From positions 14,450,810 through 14,499,719 of the forward strand of contig NC_068996.1 of NCBI RefSeq assembly GCF_001194135.2: a stretch of 48,910 nucleotides of DNA. The letters run 5' to 3'. The number at the start of each line of letters is the position of its first letter. Position 1 is the stretch's first letter. Shown piece after piece: positions 37,455 to 48,910 of this stretch. Both the position numbers and the translations under genes were made by a program. The notes under the pieces were generated by a model. That model did not search any database. It worked only from the letters and a program-made list of their open reading frames with translations, and had not been told where the DNA came from. The DNA is from Octopus bimaculoides (lineage: Eukaryota).

Positions 37455-37620
37455 TTGAAATTTATAGAAAAACAGAACACGATGGCAGGCATATGAACAA
37501 CAAACAAGTGTATTAGTTTGATGCTCGGGAGAAATGAAAAAGGCTTTTACGTTTCGAGCCTACGTTCTTCAACAGAAAAGAATGAGAAAATAAACTGAGA
37601 AAGAATGAAAAAACTTGTAG
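37455..37620 (-). mobile_element. Penelope pseudo-LTR-like repeat with a hammerhead-variant motif; second copy at 42380-42545 (+)
   Basis: Reverse complement aligns with 42380-42545 and contains ctgttgaagaacgtaggctcgaaacgta. Confidence 0.55.
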
Positions 37621-38601
37621 ATATACATACATATACACATACACACACACGCACGCACACTCAAACACACAAACACATATATACATATATATGCACATCC
37701 ATACATGTACATATATGTATTATTAGGTTTTTAAATTGTTAATAAGCCACCTACATTATATATATATACATACACATACGCACAGACACGCACACATTCA
37801 TTACATACACATACATACATCTATATGGTGACGGCGTCAGTTTAATGGTATGTATATATATATGCATGTGCGTGTGCATATGTGTATGTGTGTGTGTGTA
37901 GGTGCGTATTTGTGAGTATATAAATATCTGTATTGAAGTATCATGTTAGGTAACTTCGCCTCTATTTTGCCAACATAAATTTATCATAAAAACAAAATAA
38001 ACAGACGGGGTTGTGTTTGTAACAGTGAGGTCTTGAGATATCAAATTTTATATTCTCATTCCAGTGGAACTGCGATGCTGTAAAGATGTCAGTTTTTGAT
38101 CCAAAATACCATATACAAACAGGTAATAAAACGGTAAAATAACTTCTGAGTTTGGTACCCATAAAGACACCCTACTGTTTTATCATTATCTATTTATTAC
38201 TTTTTTCTCTCTTTTTGTATGGTTAATCCAAAGTAAGAAAGGAATTCCGTGACTGGTGTGGGAAAGAGATGGGAGTGGAGCAATATCCTCGAATCTGTGT
38301 GGAAAATCAGAGTAACAGTATGTCTTGATGCTATCATTTATCAGACCAAATGTTTATAGCAAGGCCATTTCTGTCTGAACCAGCAAACCCACGATGAAAG
38401 GCTTTCCAAACTGTAACCAGCACAACTTTTCTCCTTTTCCAGTACACCTGAGACTACGTTATCTCATAACTTCTACTTTATTAAGACCGTTGTTTAGGGC
38501 TTAGGTTGTAAGTTTGATTTCTACATCTGGTAGCTCGAGTTTCCAAGTGGAAGCGCTCACTCATTCACTCTCTCTCCCTCTCTCTCTTACACACACATCC
38601 C

Positions 38602-38664
<63 letters not shown>

Positions 38665-39007
38665 NNNNNNNNNNNNNNNNNNNNNNNNNNNNNNNNNNNN
38701 NNNNNNNNNNNNNNNNNNNNNNNNNNNNNNNNNNNNNNNNNNNNNNNNNNNNNNNNNNNNNNNNNNNNNNNNNNNNNNNNNNNNNNNNNNNNNNNNNNNN
38801 NNNNNNNNNNNNNNNNNNNNNNNNNNNNNNNNNNNNNNNNNNNNNNNNNNNNNNNNNNNNNNNNNNNNNNNNNNNNNNNNNNNNNNNGTAATAATGAAGT
38901 CAAGCCAAACAGTGATATTTTGAAACCATTTAATACATACCTTTCAGGCTTGCGTGATATGTAATAGGAAATGCGTCCATTTCGCAAACCTTCCTCAGGT
39001 AACATTA

Positions 39008-39026
39008 TATCTATCTATCTATCTAC

Positions 39027-39092
<66 letters not shown>

Positions 39093-39200
39093 CTCCCTCT
39101 CTCCCTCTTTCCCTCCACCCCTCTCTCCCTCCACCCCTCTCTCCCTCCACCCCTCTCTCTCTCTCGCTATATATATATATAGATATACAGAGAGAGAGAG
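39008..39200. repeat. (TCTA)n, CT-rich, (TA)n and (GA)n compound microsatellite
   Basis: Direct read. Confidence 0.95.
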
Positions 39201-39299
39201 AGAATTTATTTACTGTTACGAATTTATGTGAATGTGTATAGAATAATATATCAGTTAAATAAAGTTAAAACAGTTTGGTTTTCACGTTTTTTATTATTA

Positions 39300-40830
39300 T
39301 ATCTTAACAAAATTAGCGCTTTCATAGATAGTATACTCATCAGATTTGCAATGTGTTTAACTGACAGTTGAGTTCTTGACAACTTTAGTACCTCTTTGAA
39401 CGCTCCAACCTAGTTGAATTTTTAGAATATATTTTTTGATCATTCCGCATGCTCTTAAACATCACAGTTTGCCGGGCGTACTGATCTTCTGTAACTTGTT
39501 TATATTTATTAATCTACATCATTAACTGGTTGTTGTATTATTGCTGTTATTTCCGTTCAGGACAAGTTTGAACATTTTGATAAACCATTTTTCTTTTATC
39601 TTTCTTCCAACCTTAGTTGAGTCCTGTAGTTTGTGAAAAAGAAAAATTAGAAACATTTTCTGACCACATGTCTCTATATGTTCGCTCAATGGAATTTGGT
39701 GAACATTGGTGTTCCGGATTTATAGTCTGTGAATTCGTGAGCGTTCCGATAATGCATTCCTTGTCTAGAAATTCGGGCATTTAATGCAGTAGATCAAATT
39801 TCTGCTTCTGCAGTTCATATCTGCCTTTGCGAAAGTCTGTCCATTTTCTGTTCTAATGGATCTACCCGTATGCATGTATTGACACGTTCCACATCTGTTA
39901 TCATTACACTTGGATACTGTAAATATGTTATCCTGTTTGTTCATATTGAATTTTGCCTTTGTTAATAGTTTCTTTATGCTATGTGGTTGCCTTTTGCTTA
40001 AGATTAGTGTTTCATTAGTTATTATGTATTTTAATTTTTCACTTTGTTTTATGATTGGTAAATTTGTTTTGATGATGTTAAAAATATTTTGGTGATGCGG
40101 ATTGTGTATTACTAGAAATGGTATTATGTTTCGTTGATGGGTTCCTCCTTCTCGTGTTGCTCTAAGTTGTTCTATAGGCATCTCTTTTGCTCGTCATATG
40201 CTATTTTTCATAAGTAGGAGAGAGTAATTTTGCTTGAGCAGAAATCCTTTGAGTTCTATAAGTCGTATGTTCCTAGTATTTGGATCATTTTCTATTGTAC
40301 AAATTTTCCTGGCTAGACAGTATGGGATGGTGTGTTTTGTGTGTGTAGGGTGGCATGAATTGAAATTTAGGTGCTGGTGTGTGTGTATGTGTGCTTTTGT
40401 AATAAATATCAGTTGTGATTGTGGTGCTGTTTTTAAGTACCATTATGTCAAGAAATGGCAGTTTTGTGTTGCTCATTTCTCTTGTGAATTTGAGATTAGG
40501 ATGTAGATTGTCGAGGAAGGTGCTGAATTCTTCCAGATTTTCTAGGGATTTGGTCCAAATTAGGAATCAGTCATCGAGGTATCTTTTCCATTTGTCCTCT
40601 ATATGTCTTCTAAAGGTCATAACATAGTTTTCTTCAATTTTTTATAAGGTTTTGTTCCAAGTATCCCAATACTGAGTTCGCGAAAACTGGAGCAAATCGC
40701 GTTCCCATAACTCTGACAATTGCGTTGTCATTTTTAAGACGTATAACGGCAGATTTTTCTAGTTTTGAAACATTTGGTCTGACATTGATATTATGCCTCT
40801 GGAAATCTGGAGAGGATGTCAATGAACTGA
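39300..40830 (-). mobile_element. Penelope-like retroelement 3' half (RT, thumb, GIY-YIG endonuclease), decayed
   Basis: MGTRFAPVFANSVLGYLEQ; WKRYLDD (40570-40590); KLPFLDIMV...TTDIYYK; SKRQPHSIKKLLTKAKF...CNDNRCGTCQYM...CRSRNLIYCIKCP. Confidence 0.88.
39308..39349 (-). ncRNA. Type I hammerhead ribozyme motif (possibly decayed) in the Penelope 3' region
   Basis: Minus strand: caaat CTGATGA gtatactatctat GAAA gcgc TA attttg. Core exact, palindromic stem III, 4-bp stem I, imperfect stem II. Confidence 0.6.
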
Positions 40831-40831
40831 T

Positions 40832-40955
40832 CTTGGTGTGTTTACGTCCCCGTAACTTAGCGGCTCGGCAAAAATACCGATTGAATAAGTACTAGGCTTA
40901 CAAAGAAAGTCATGGGGTTGATTTGTTCGACTAAAATCAGTACTGCAGCATGGTT
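40832..40955 (+). mobile_element. SINE family A 3' fragment
   Basis: ggtgtgtttacgtccccgtaacttagcgg...gaataagtactaggcttacaaag. Confidence 0.8.
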
Positions 40956-41259
40956 GAATTCAAACAAGTAGATGAATATAAGAATACGAAGAGCACGATG
41001 TGATTGCAATATATATTTTATTGGTTTGAATGATATTTCGACAGCTTGCCTGTCTTTTTCCAGTCAGAATGAAAAGGGATTCATAGAAATTCAAATTCAA
41101 AAGTTTGAACGAGGGGATCCTGCGTTCCCTCTTTGATGGAATGACATCATCAGTCTTCAATTTTCAATTTTACAACAGGCAAAAGGAAAAAAGGAAAGAA
41201 AGAGAAAAAGAAAAGAAAAAAGAAAATGAAGAAAAAGAATATTTAACCAAACAGCTTTG

Positions 41260-42150
41260 TATAAATAGAATGAAATTTCCTGCCATCTCGTTTATTCCAC
41301 CAGGGTGTGATGTTAATAACTCACAAACATATTTCACCTCATGCATTTTGAGAACTGAATATTTTCTGAGACTATGCACTTGCAAGTCTTTTTCAAAACT
41401 GCAGCCATTTGATGTAAAATGTTTGGCAAGTTCTGTCGAACTATTGTTATTGTATCTGACGTCATATCTATGCCCTTTGAATTTTTTGTTTAATTGTTCT
41501 GTTATACAATCAACATAAATCAAATTGTGTTTGGTGCATTTTGCTGTACACCCCAAATGGGAAAATCTACACATCTGTTATGATTCCTGATAAAATCCAC
41601 TTGACTCATGTTGTTGCACAATGAACAGGACTTACCTCTGTTGCGGCTGTTTTTCAAGGTACAGCGTGCAGAAACTCCAAAGTTAGTCTTCTTGGAGTAG
41701 AGGTTAATAGTTCTCGAATATTTTTATTCCGTCTAAAGGTTACAATAGGCGGCTGAGGAAGTATATGTTTACAAAATTATAGAAATTCAAATAATGTTCA
41801 GCAAATTCTGTCGAACATTATTGTGCCTGACGTCATCTCTGTGCCTATTGAATCTTTTGTTTAATTGTTCTGTTGTACAACCAACATAAATCAAGTGGTG
41901 TTTGGTGCATTCTGCTGTGTACACCAAATGGGAATCTCTACATGTCCCACCTTCCGTATAAATCATTTCTGTTATGATCCCTGATGGAATTGACTTGACG
42001 ATGAGCAGAACTTACCCCTCTTGCGGTCGTTTTTCAAGGTACAGCGTGTAGAAACTCCAATGTTAATTTACTTGGAGTCAGAAGTAGAGGTTAATAGTCC
42101 TCTTATATTTTTATTCCGTCTAAATGCTACAACAAGCGGCTGAGGGAATA
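41260..42150 (-). mobile_element. Penelope-like GIY-YIG region from a second family, tandemly duplicated (about 41400-41765 and 41790-42150)
   Basis: PQPPIVTFRRNKNIRELL; GKSCSLC; CTAKCTKHNLIYV(D/G)C..EQLNK.F..HR.DVR; TELAKHF...NGC; HPGGINE. Confidence 0.8.
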
Positions 42151-42604
42151 ATTGTTTGGGAACGAGGCTGTTTTTCCGCAGCATGCTGGTAACTTTCATG
42201 CAACATTTCTGAAACGCCAGCGAAACTTCGGTGCCAGTTAATGACTAAAGAAATTCTATCACATATTTTACTTTGCTAAAATTATGCGTGAGAGTTTGAC
42301 TTTCGTTGCTGATCTTAGCTATGTCATTTGCTATTTTCGTTAATCGTGATTCACTGTAACTGCGTTAGCCACTAACCTTTTTCTATTTTCTCTCCCTGTT
42401 TATTTCTGTGTTCCTTTCTGTCGAAGAGCATAGGTTCGAAACGTAAAAGACTTTCTCACTTTCCGAGCGTTAAACTAATACATCTGTTTGTTGTTTACAC
42501 ACCCGTCTTCGTCTTTTTTTTCTTTTTTTTGTAAATTCTCACTACAAAGGTATTTGCATGATTCCAGTAATAACCTACATCAGTACAAATCAGTTTTATC
42601 CTCA

Positions 42605-42644
42605 AATACTACTACTACTACTACTACTACTACTGCTGCTGCTG

Positions 42645-42713
<69 letters not shown>

Positions 42714-42827
42714 ATAATAATAATAATAATGATGATGAAAATAATAATAATAATAATAATAGTAATAATAATAATAATAATAATAATGATAATAATGATA
42801 ATAATAATAATGATAATAATAATAATG
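42605..42827. repeat. Compound (ACT)n/(GCT)n/(AAT)n microsatellite
   Basis: Direct read. Confidence 0.97.
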
Positions 42828-42974
42828 TATCTGAGGTTGTGGGGTGCTTGATCCTGGTCTTCTCTAATATATCGGCACAGCGTCTTCACTATGTCTTGTT
42901 GGTCATCGTCGTATTCTTGTGATATAGCTCTTCTGCTTCATTTGCTGAGAATTCATTTACATTTACGTGGGAGT

Positions 42975-43362
42975 ACTAAGAGCAGAGAAAAAAAAGAAAA
43001 CAAAGGAAGAAGTACAAAAAGGACATGAAGAAGAATTGCGCAAAAAGGGCCCAACAATCAATTTCATACAGCCACAACAGAAGTTGCTAGAAAAAATAAG
43101 GTGGGCTTGGCTTATGAAAGGAACCCTAAAAAAAGAGACCGAGAGCACTATATTGGCAGTGCAAGACCAAGCTTTGGCCACGAACTGGAGGGTCAACCTT
43201 AGGAATGAGCAAGTATTTCCGGTGTGTCGCATCTGCAATAGAGTGGACAAAACCATTGCCCATGTCATGAAAGAATGCCCTAGACTTGCCCAAAACCACT
43301 ACAAGTTGTGGCGACATGATCAGGTAGTGAAAGTATTACACCGGAAACTGTGCGAAAAGTGA
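42975..43362 (+). mobile_element. R4/Dong-type LINE fragment with CCHC knuckle and RHD motif, followed by (AAT)n at about 43368-43416
   Basis: WAWLMKGTLKKETESTILAVQDQALATN...CRICNRVDKTIAHVMKECPRLAQNHYKLWRHDQVVKVLH. Confidence 0.85.
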
Positions 43363-43366
43363 GTGC

Positions 43367-43419
<53 letters not shown>

Positions 43420-45955
43420 TGATGATCTTTTTTGCTATAAACAAAATGTCTGGAATTTTTTGGTTAGAGTGACTCCATTGCGCGGATTGTACTTATTTAA
43501 TCGATGGTTCTGCCAGCTCGCCGCCTTAATGATGATAACTTATTTATCTGTATTGTTAGGGTAGTAGATTGGCAGAATCTTTAGGATGTAGAAAAAATAC
43601 CTTATTATACCTTATCTCATTAGTTTCCTCTTTTTACGTTCCCAGATCAAATCGTACTAGGTATTCTTTCTTTGAGACCGATATATAGAGCACCAATCAT
43701 GTTCTGAGGATGATAAAACAGACTGTTCTCTAGCCGCAAAAGTTTCTAGTTTTGTATCTTTGGAAGAAAATAACTTTCGTTATTATTTCTTTTTTCCTTT
43801 TTCTGTCAATCGCTTTCAATGCATCACGTTTCTATTTTGTAGCTGCTGAGTCTAGAGGGAATGGCAGGGCCCATAATTCCTGCTGCCACCCTACTTCCAC
43901 AAGTTCGGTGTTACTGATGTCGTTAACATGCAATCAAAATTGTTTTAGATTAAAAGTTGTAGGAAAAGCATAAGCGAGGAGATGCTGCGAGAGGAACAAT
44001 GTTCTGAGGAGGAAGGACTAATTTTAGTGGTTTGTATGGAGACGAGAATGGTTTGATGAAGTTATAAAGAATAGTAGAAGTATGAGACCAGTTAGTTCTC
44101 GGGAGCAGAGGCTATTACGATAGCTAAAAAAAGAAAAAAAGTACAAAATGTATCTGTTAGGGAACTGAAATGCTACTCAATCAGGCAGCATAGAAACAGT
44201 ACTGTCCGAGAGCAATACTTCATATATNNNNNNNNNNNNNNNNNNNNNNNNNNNNNNNNNNNNNNNNNNNNNNNNNNNNNNNNNNNNNNNNNNNNNNNNN
44301 NNNNNNNNNNNNNNNNNNNNNNNNNNNNNNNNNNNNNNNNNNNNNNNNNNNNNNNNNNNNNNNNNNNNNNNNNNNNNNNNNNNNNNNNNNNNNNNNNNNN
44401 NNNNNNNNNNNNNNNNNNNNNNNNNNNNNNNNNNNNNNNNNNNNNNNNNNNNNNNNNNNNNNNNNNNNNNNNNNNNNNNNNNNNNNNNNNNNNNNNNNNN
44501 NNNNNNNNNNNNNNNNNNNNNNNNNNNNNNNNNNNNNNNNNNNNNNNNNNNNNNNNNNNNNNNNNNNNNNNNNNNNNNNNNNNNNNATATATATATATAT
44601 ATATACAAACACAGTTTCTCTCTACTATATCCACTTTCAAGGTATTGGTCGGTCTGAGGCTATAGTAGGAGACATCTACATATATACACACGTACACACA
44701 CGTACATATACATACATATAAAAACATAGTTGAATCTAGAAATACATGGGCGAATATGTAGTTCCTCTTTTAAAGACATGTTTTGAGGGGAAGATTTAGC
44801 ATCTATATCCTTTTGAAAGCCATTGTATGTATTGCGAGAGATCTGGCCGCTATACCTAATAGAACGCATAACCAAATCTAGGATGCACTGTTAGTTAGCT
44901 AGAAACTTCTTTGCCATTTGAAGTGTGCTGTTTCACGTTTGGTATAAATTTATGGCCACAAGTCTTCAAAAGAAACGAATAAATATATTCTGGTAGGAAA
45001 TATCTGTGTGTGAAAAATATGTATATACGGAAGCAAACATTTGAAATTGTCAAACGAAAAATAAAAATGTCGCATTGTATGAGAAGAGTGGAAAGGGAAA
45101 AATGTTTATCTTTATGTAAAATGCGAAAAATTGGTCTGATGTCGTAGATGAAAGCAAAGCAGAGGAAACGAGAACTTATGTTCCTGGAGAATTTTGTCAT
45201 GTGTANNNNNNNNNNNNNNNNNNNNNNNNNNNNNNNNNNNNNNNNNNNNNNNNNNNNNNNNNNNNNNNNNNNNNNNNNNNNNNNNNNNNNNNNNNNNNNN
45301 NNNNNNNNNNNNNNNNNNNNNNNNNNNNNNNNNNNNNNNNNNNNNNNNNNNNNNNNNNNNNNNNNNNNNNNNNNNNNNNNNNNNNNNNNNNNNNNNNNNN
45401 NNNNNNNNNNNNNNNNNNNNNNNNNNNNNNNNNNNNNNNNNNNNNNNNNNNNNNNNNNNNNNNNNNNNNNNNNNNNNNNNNNNNNNNNNNNNNNNNNNNN
45501 NNNNNNNNNNNNNNNNNNNNNNNNNNNNNNNNNNNNNNNNNNNNNNNNNNNNNNNNNNNNNNNNNNNNNNNNNNNNNNNNNNNNNNNNNNNNNNNNNNNN
45601 NNNNNNNNNNNNNNNNNNNNNNNNNNNNNNNNNNNNNNNNNNNNNNNNNNNNNNNNNNNNNNNNNNNNNNNNNNNNNNNNNNNNNNNNNNNNNNNNNNNN
45701 NNNNNNNNNNNNNNNNNNNNNNNNNNNNNNNNNNNNNNNNNNNNNNNNNNNNNNNNNNNNNNNNNNNNNNNNNNNNNNNNNNNNNNNNNNNNNNNNNNNN
45801 NNNNNNNNNNNNNNNNNNNNNNNNNNNNNNNNNNNNNNNNNNNNNNNNNNNNNNNNNNNNNNNNNNNNNNNNNNNNNNNNNNNNNNNNNNNNNNNNNNNN
45901 NNNNNNNNNNNNNNNNNNNNNNNNNNNNNNNNNNNNNNNNNNNNNNNNNNNNNNN

Positions 45956-46021
<66 letters not shown>

Positions 46022-46669
46022 GAGTGTATAAGTATATATAGATATTTCACTAGATTTAGATGGTGCCGTAAGAAACCATCTGTGGTACATCGTCTTCTAA
46101 CTGGTGCCATTCGTCTCTAAATCCTCACCGTAACGTTGAACGTTGAGCGACTCTAGGAAAAATGTCCGGATCTCAACATGAATGAAAATTCTTCTCCTTT
46201 ATTAGTCTAATGCATCTCTAATTATATCTGGTGGGTGTTTAGAGTTATTATGACTATAAACGTATTCTGCTTCGGACTCATGTAAGTGCATTACTTATCT
46301 TGTCTTAAGATCTGAAGTAAACTCTCTGAATTAGATGTTAGTTCACATTGTAGTATTATTTATGTTTATCATCGTTAATCTATGTTAATCTTGAAGATTC
46401 CTATTACAATTCTTCTTATTTCTATCCATGGCTTGACTGTTCTTATTTCTTGAAAGTGCCAGGTTTTATTCTCTGTACAGTTTGTGACGTCTACGAATTT
46501 CTTGTTGGTATCCAGAATAACTTCACCAGGTAGCTAATCTCAGCCTCATTTCCTCCCTAATACAGTTATTAGATAACAAGTTTTGGTACCTTTTGGGTCA
46601 GGTGGTGTCACTTTAACGCAGCAGTGACTTTATACTGTTGTAATATCGTGGTCGCTAATCCCAAGAATA

Positions 46670-46871
46670 TGAATACACACATACATACATACATACATGC
46701 ATATATGCATGCATACATACATACATACATATATACATACATATATACTTATATACATACATGCACACATAATACATGCATACATACATACATACATATA
46801 TACATACATACATACATACATACATACTTACATACATACATACATAATACATACATACATACATACATGCA

Positions 46872-46904
<33 letters not shown>

Positions 46905-47000
46905 GCATACATACATACATACATGCAAACATACATACATGCCTGCCTGCATGCATACATACATACATACATACATACATACATACATGCATGCATACTA
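46670..47000. repeat. (CATA)n tract
   Basis: Direct read. Confidence 0.95.
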
Positions 47001-47589
47001 AAATCAAACTTGTGTGATGAATAGCTGGGCTAGTCTCTGTATGAAGACTTTGAGCATTCGTTTGCTGGAGCAGACTCAGTATTTGGTTAAACGACATCAA
47101 TGGAAATTCATGGGCATTCAAATAATTGTTAATGAACCTGCGCACATTTAAAACGTTCTTATACATTCAAACCTGGAATGTAATTCGCTACGACAGCTAC
47201 CACGGAGGAGAAATCCTACTTACAGAAGTAAGCTGGCCCAAGAATTAAACAATTTATAAAATAAGAATTTAATTAAATAATTTTTAAATAGCCATCTATA
47301 TAGCATACTTAATATACATACATTGTTGATTGACCAGTGACTAGAGTGTCTGTCGAGAGATAACACTTTTTATGAATTTCTTGACTTAAAAAGAATTTCG
47401 TTCGGGCAGTGACTAGCAAAAGCGCCAAATACATTTCGACCTTTTAGGGCGTTTTCAATGGCGTGTAGTTTCAGCCAGCCACAATTTTCATATTCTCCAG
47501 GTTAATCTTGGAGATTTTATCTTAGTGATATATTGGCAGAATTGGCAGACTATTCTTTCTAGCATCTAATGGAAATATACTGAGGCATC

Positions 47590-47875
47590 CTCGTGTGTTT
47601 GTAAACTTTCTCATCTTATGGTAGAAGTGAATACCATTCTCGACTTGTACAGGTAAAATATTTTTTTTTCTCACTGCAATTTTTCGTAATTTTCCCACGA
47701 GAACTAAGATTTTCTGAAGTAAATCATAACATGTTGACTTGTCATAACGAAATGTAGGTTACCTGGTGCTTATATGTTATTTGATAAGGTTTACCAAAAT
47801 TACTTGTCACAGCAAATCAATAACTAAAAAAGAAAAAAAAAAAAGGAATCTCTCTGGGAATAAAATCCCCATTTT
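47590..47875 (+). repeat. Cassette unit copy 17 (single, with an internal deletion of the central hairpin)
   Basis: gtgtgtttgtaaactttctcatcttatggtagaagtgaatacc...gaagtaaatcataacatgttgacttgtcataacgaaatgtaggttacctggtgc. Confidence 0.9.
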
Positions 47876-48732
47876 AATTTATTAGTTTATTTCTGCACAT
47901 TTTTAAATGATATAAGCTTTCTATTGATATGTAGTTTTCCTACAGAAGTTTTAGGCTTGTGGCCAGGATATCGAACTAAGTAAAAAAAAGATTCTGGGTT
48001 CGATCTTCGAGCTAAACGGGATATTAACGACATATTCAAGTTGAGAAAATACTAATGGAAATATACCTAATTTTCAACACTAACTTAAGTCAGTTTCAAA
48101 TGTGCTGTTGTCCTTTTATTCATCTATATATGTATATGAGCTGTCAACTCACAATGTTCTTTATTCTCAATAAACGTAGTATTCTAGCCTAAGATCTTTT
48201 GGTGATGATAAGAAGGTAGATAAAAAAAAATAGAAATTAATTATAATCCTATGACCCTCACTGTGTTCCATGCCACCCTAAAACTGTAATTCTTCTCTAA
48301 GATTATTCATGCTGCAATAGTGACGACATGAGATTCTTTCATCCTCTGGCTCTGACAAAAGTTTAAGTTTTCTTCGAATGAATGAAACCTAACTTTAGCA
48401 AGAATTAAACTAATTAAAATATATAGATACATATAATATATAGACTAAGGTATGTACATACATATACCAGCAGTCGAGACGATCACCTCAAGACGTGCAG
48501 ATACACAGCTATTGTAGGATCATATTAATGCAATAATGTGTATAATATGTGAAAGCAAACACCCAAACAAATGCCCCGTAAACATAAACCCGAAATGCCA
48601 AATCTTTCCTCTCTATCAATACACTGGAAACAATTCAACCCAATTCCATTTAAATAAGTAAAGCACACTCATTAAAAAATACGAACCACTGCTGAATATC
48701 CTTTAGAAAGAAGAAAAAAAATACTAAAGATG

Positions 48733-48822
48733 CTATAGTAGAAAGCACTGCTCAAGGTGCCACACAAGGAACTGAACCCGGAACTATGTGGTTGGGAAGC
48801 CAGTTTCTTACCACACAGCCAT
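48733..48822 (-). mobile_element. SINE family A 5' part
   Basis: aaggtgccacacaaggaactgaacccggaactatgtggttggg...ttaccacacagccat. Confidence 0.8.
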
Positions 48823-48910
48823 ATGGATTTGTATGTACGTACATATATATATTCATATTTATCGTTATATATATATATATACATATATATAGATATATAT
48901 ATGTATATAT

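Noticed and set aside
38965-39005. Additional hammerhead-like cores (ctgagga...gaaa on the minus strand here; ctgaaga...gaaac at about 20125-20157)
   Set aside because: Stem II does not pair and no valid NUH/stem I geometry was found; at most decayed relics.

Overview
AT-rich, microsatellite-dense animal genomic DNA with eight N gaps (about 3.7 kb). The SINE families and simple-repeat density suggest an Octopus genome scaffold (inference). No intact protein-coding gene, rRNA, tRNA or CRISPR array is supportable, and most listed ORFs are microsatellite or gap artefacts. Recognisable content is decayed mobile DNA: R4/Dong-type RLE LINEs, Tx1/L1, RTE, CR1/L2-like and Penelope-like (GIY-YIG) retroelements, three tRNA-derived SINE types, and hAT and mariner MITEs. 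Some Penelope-type pieces carry hammerhead ribozyme motifs. The main unexplained signal is a non-coding unit of about 290-320 bp present 17 times between 6086 and 47875. Sixteen copies lie on the + strand, as six head-to-tail dimers plus four singles, and one copy is inverted. Several copies share homologous upstream and downstream flanks, so this looks like a tandemly amplified cassette (candidate ncRNA, non-coding exon or regulatory array) rather than independent transposon insertions. Coordinates of decayed repeats are approximate.
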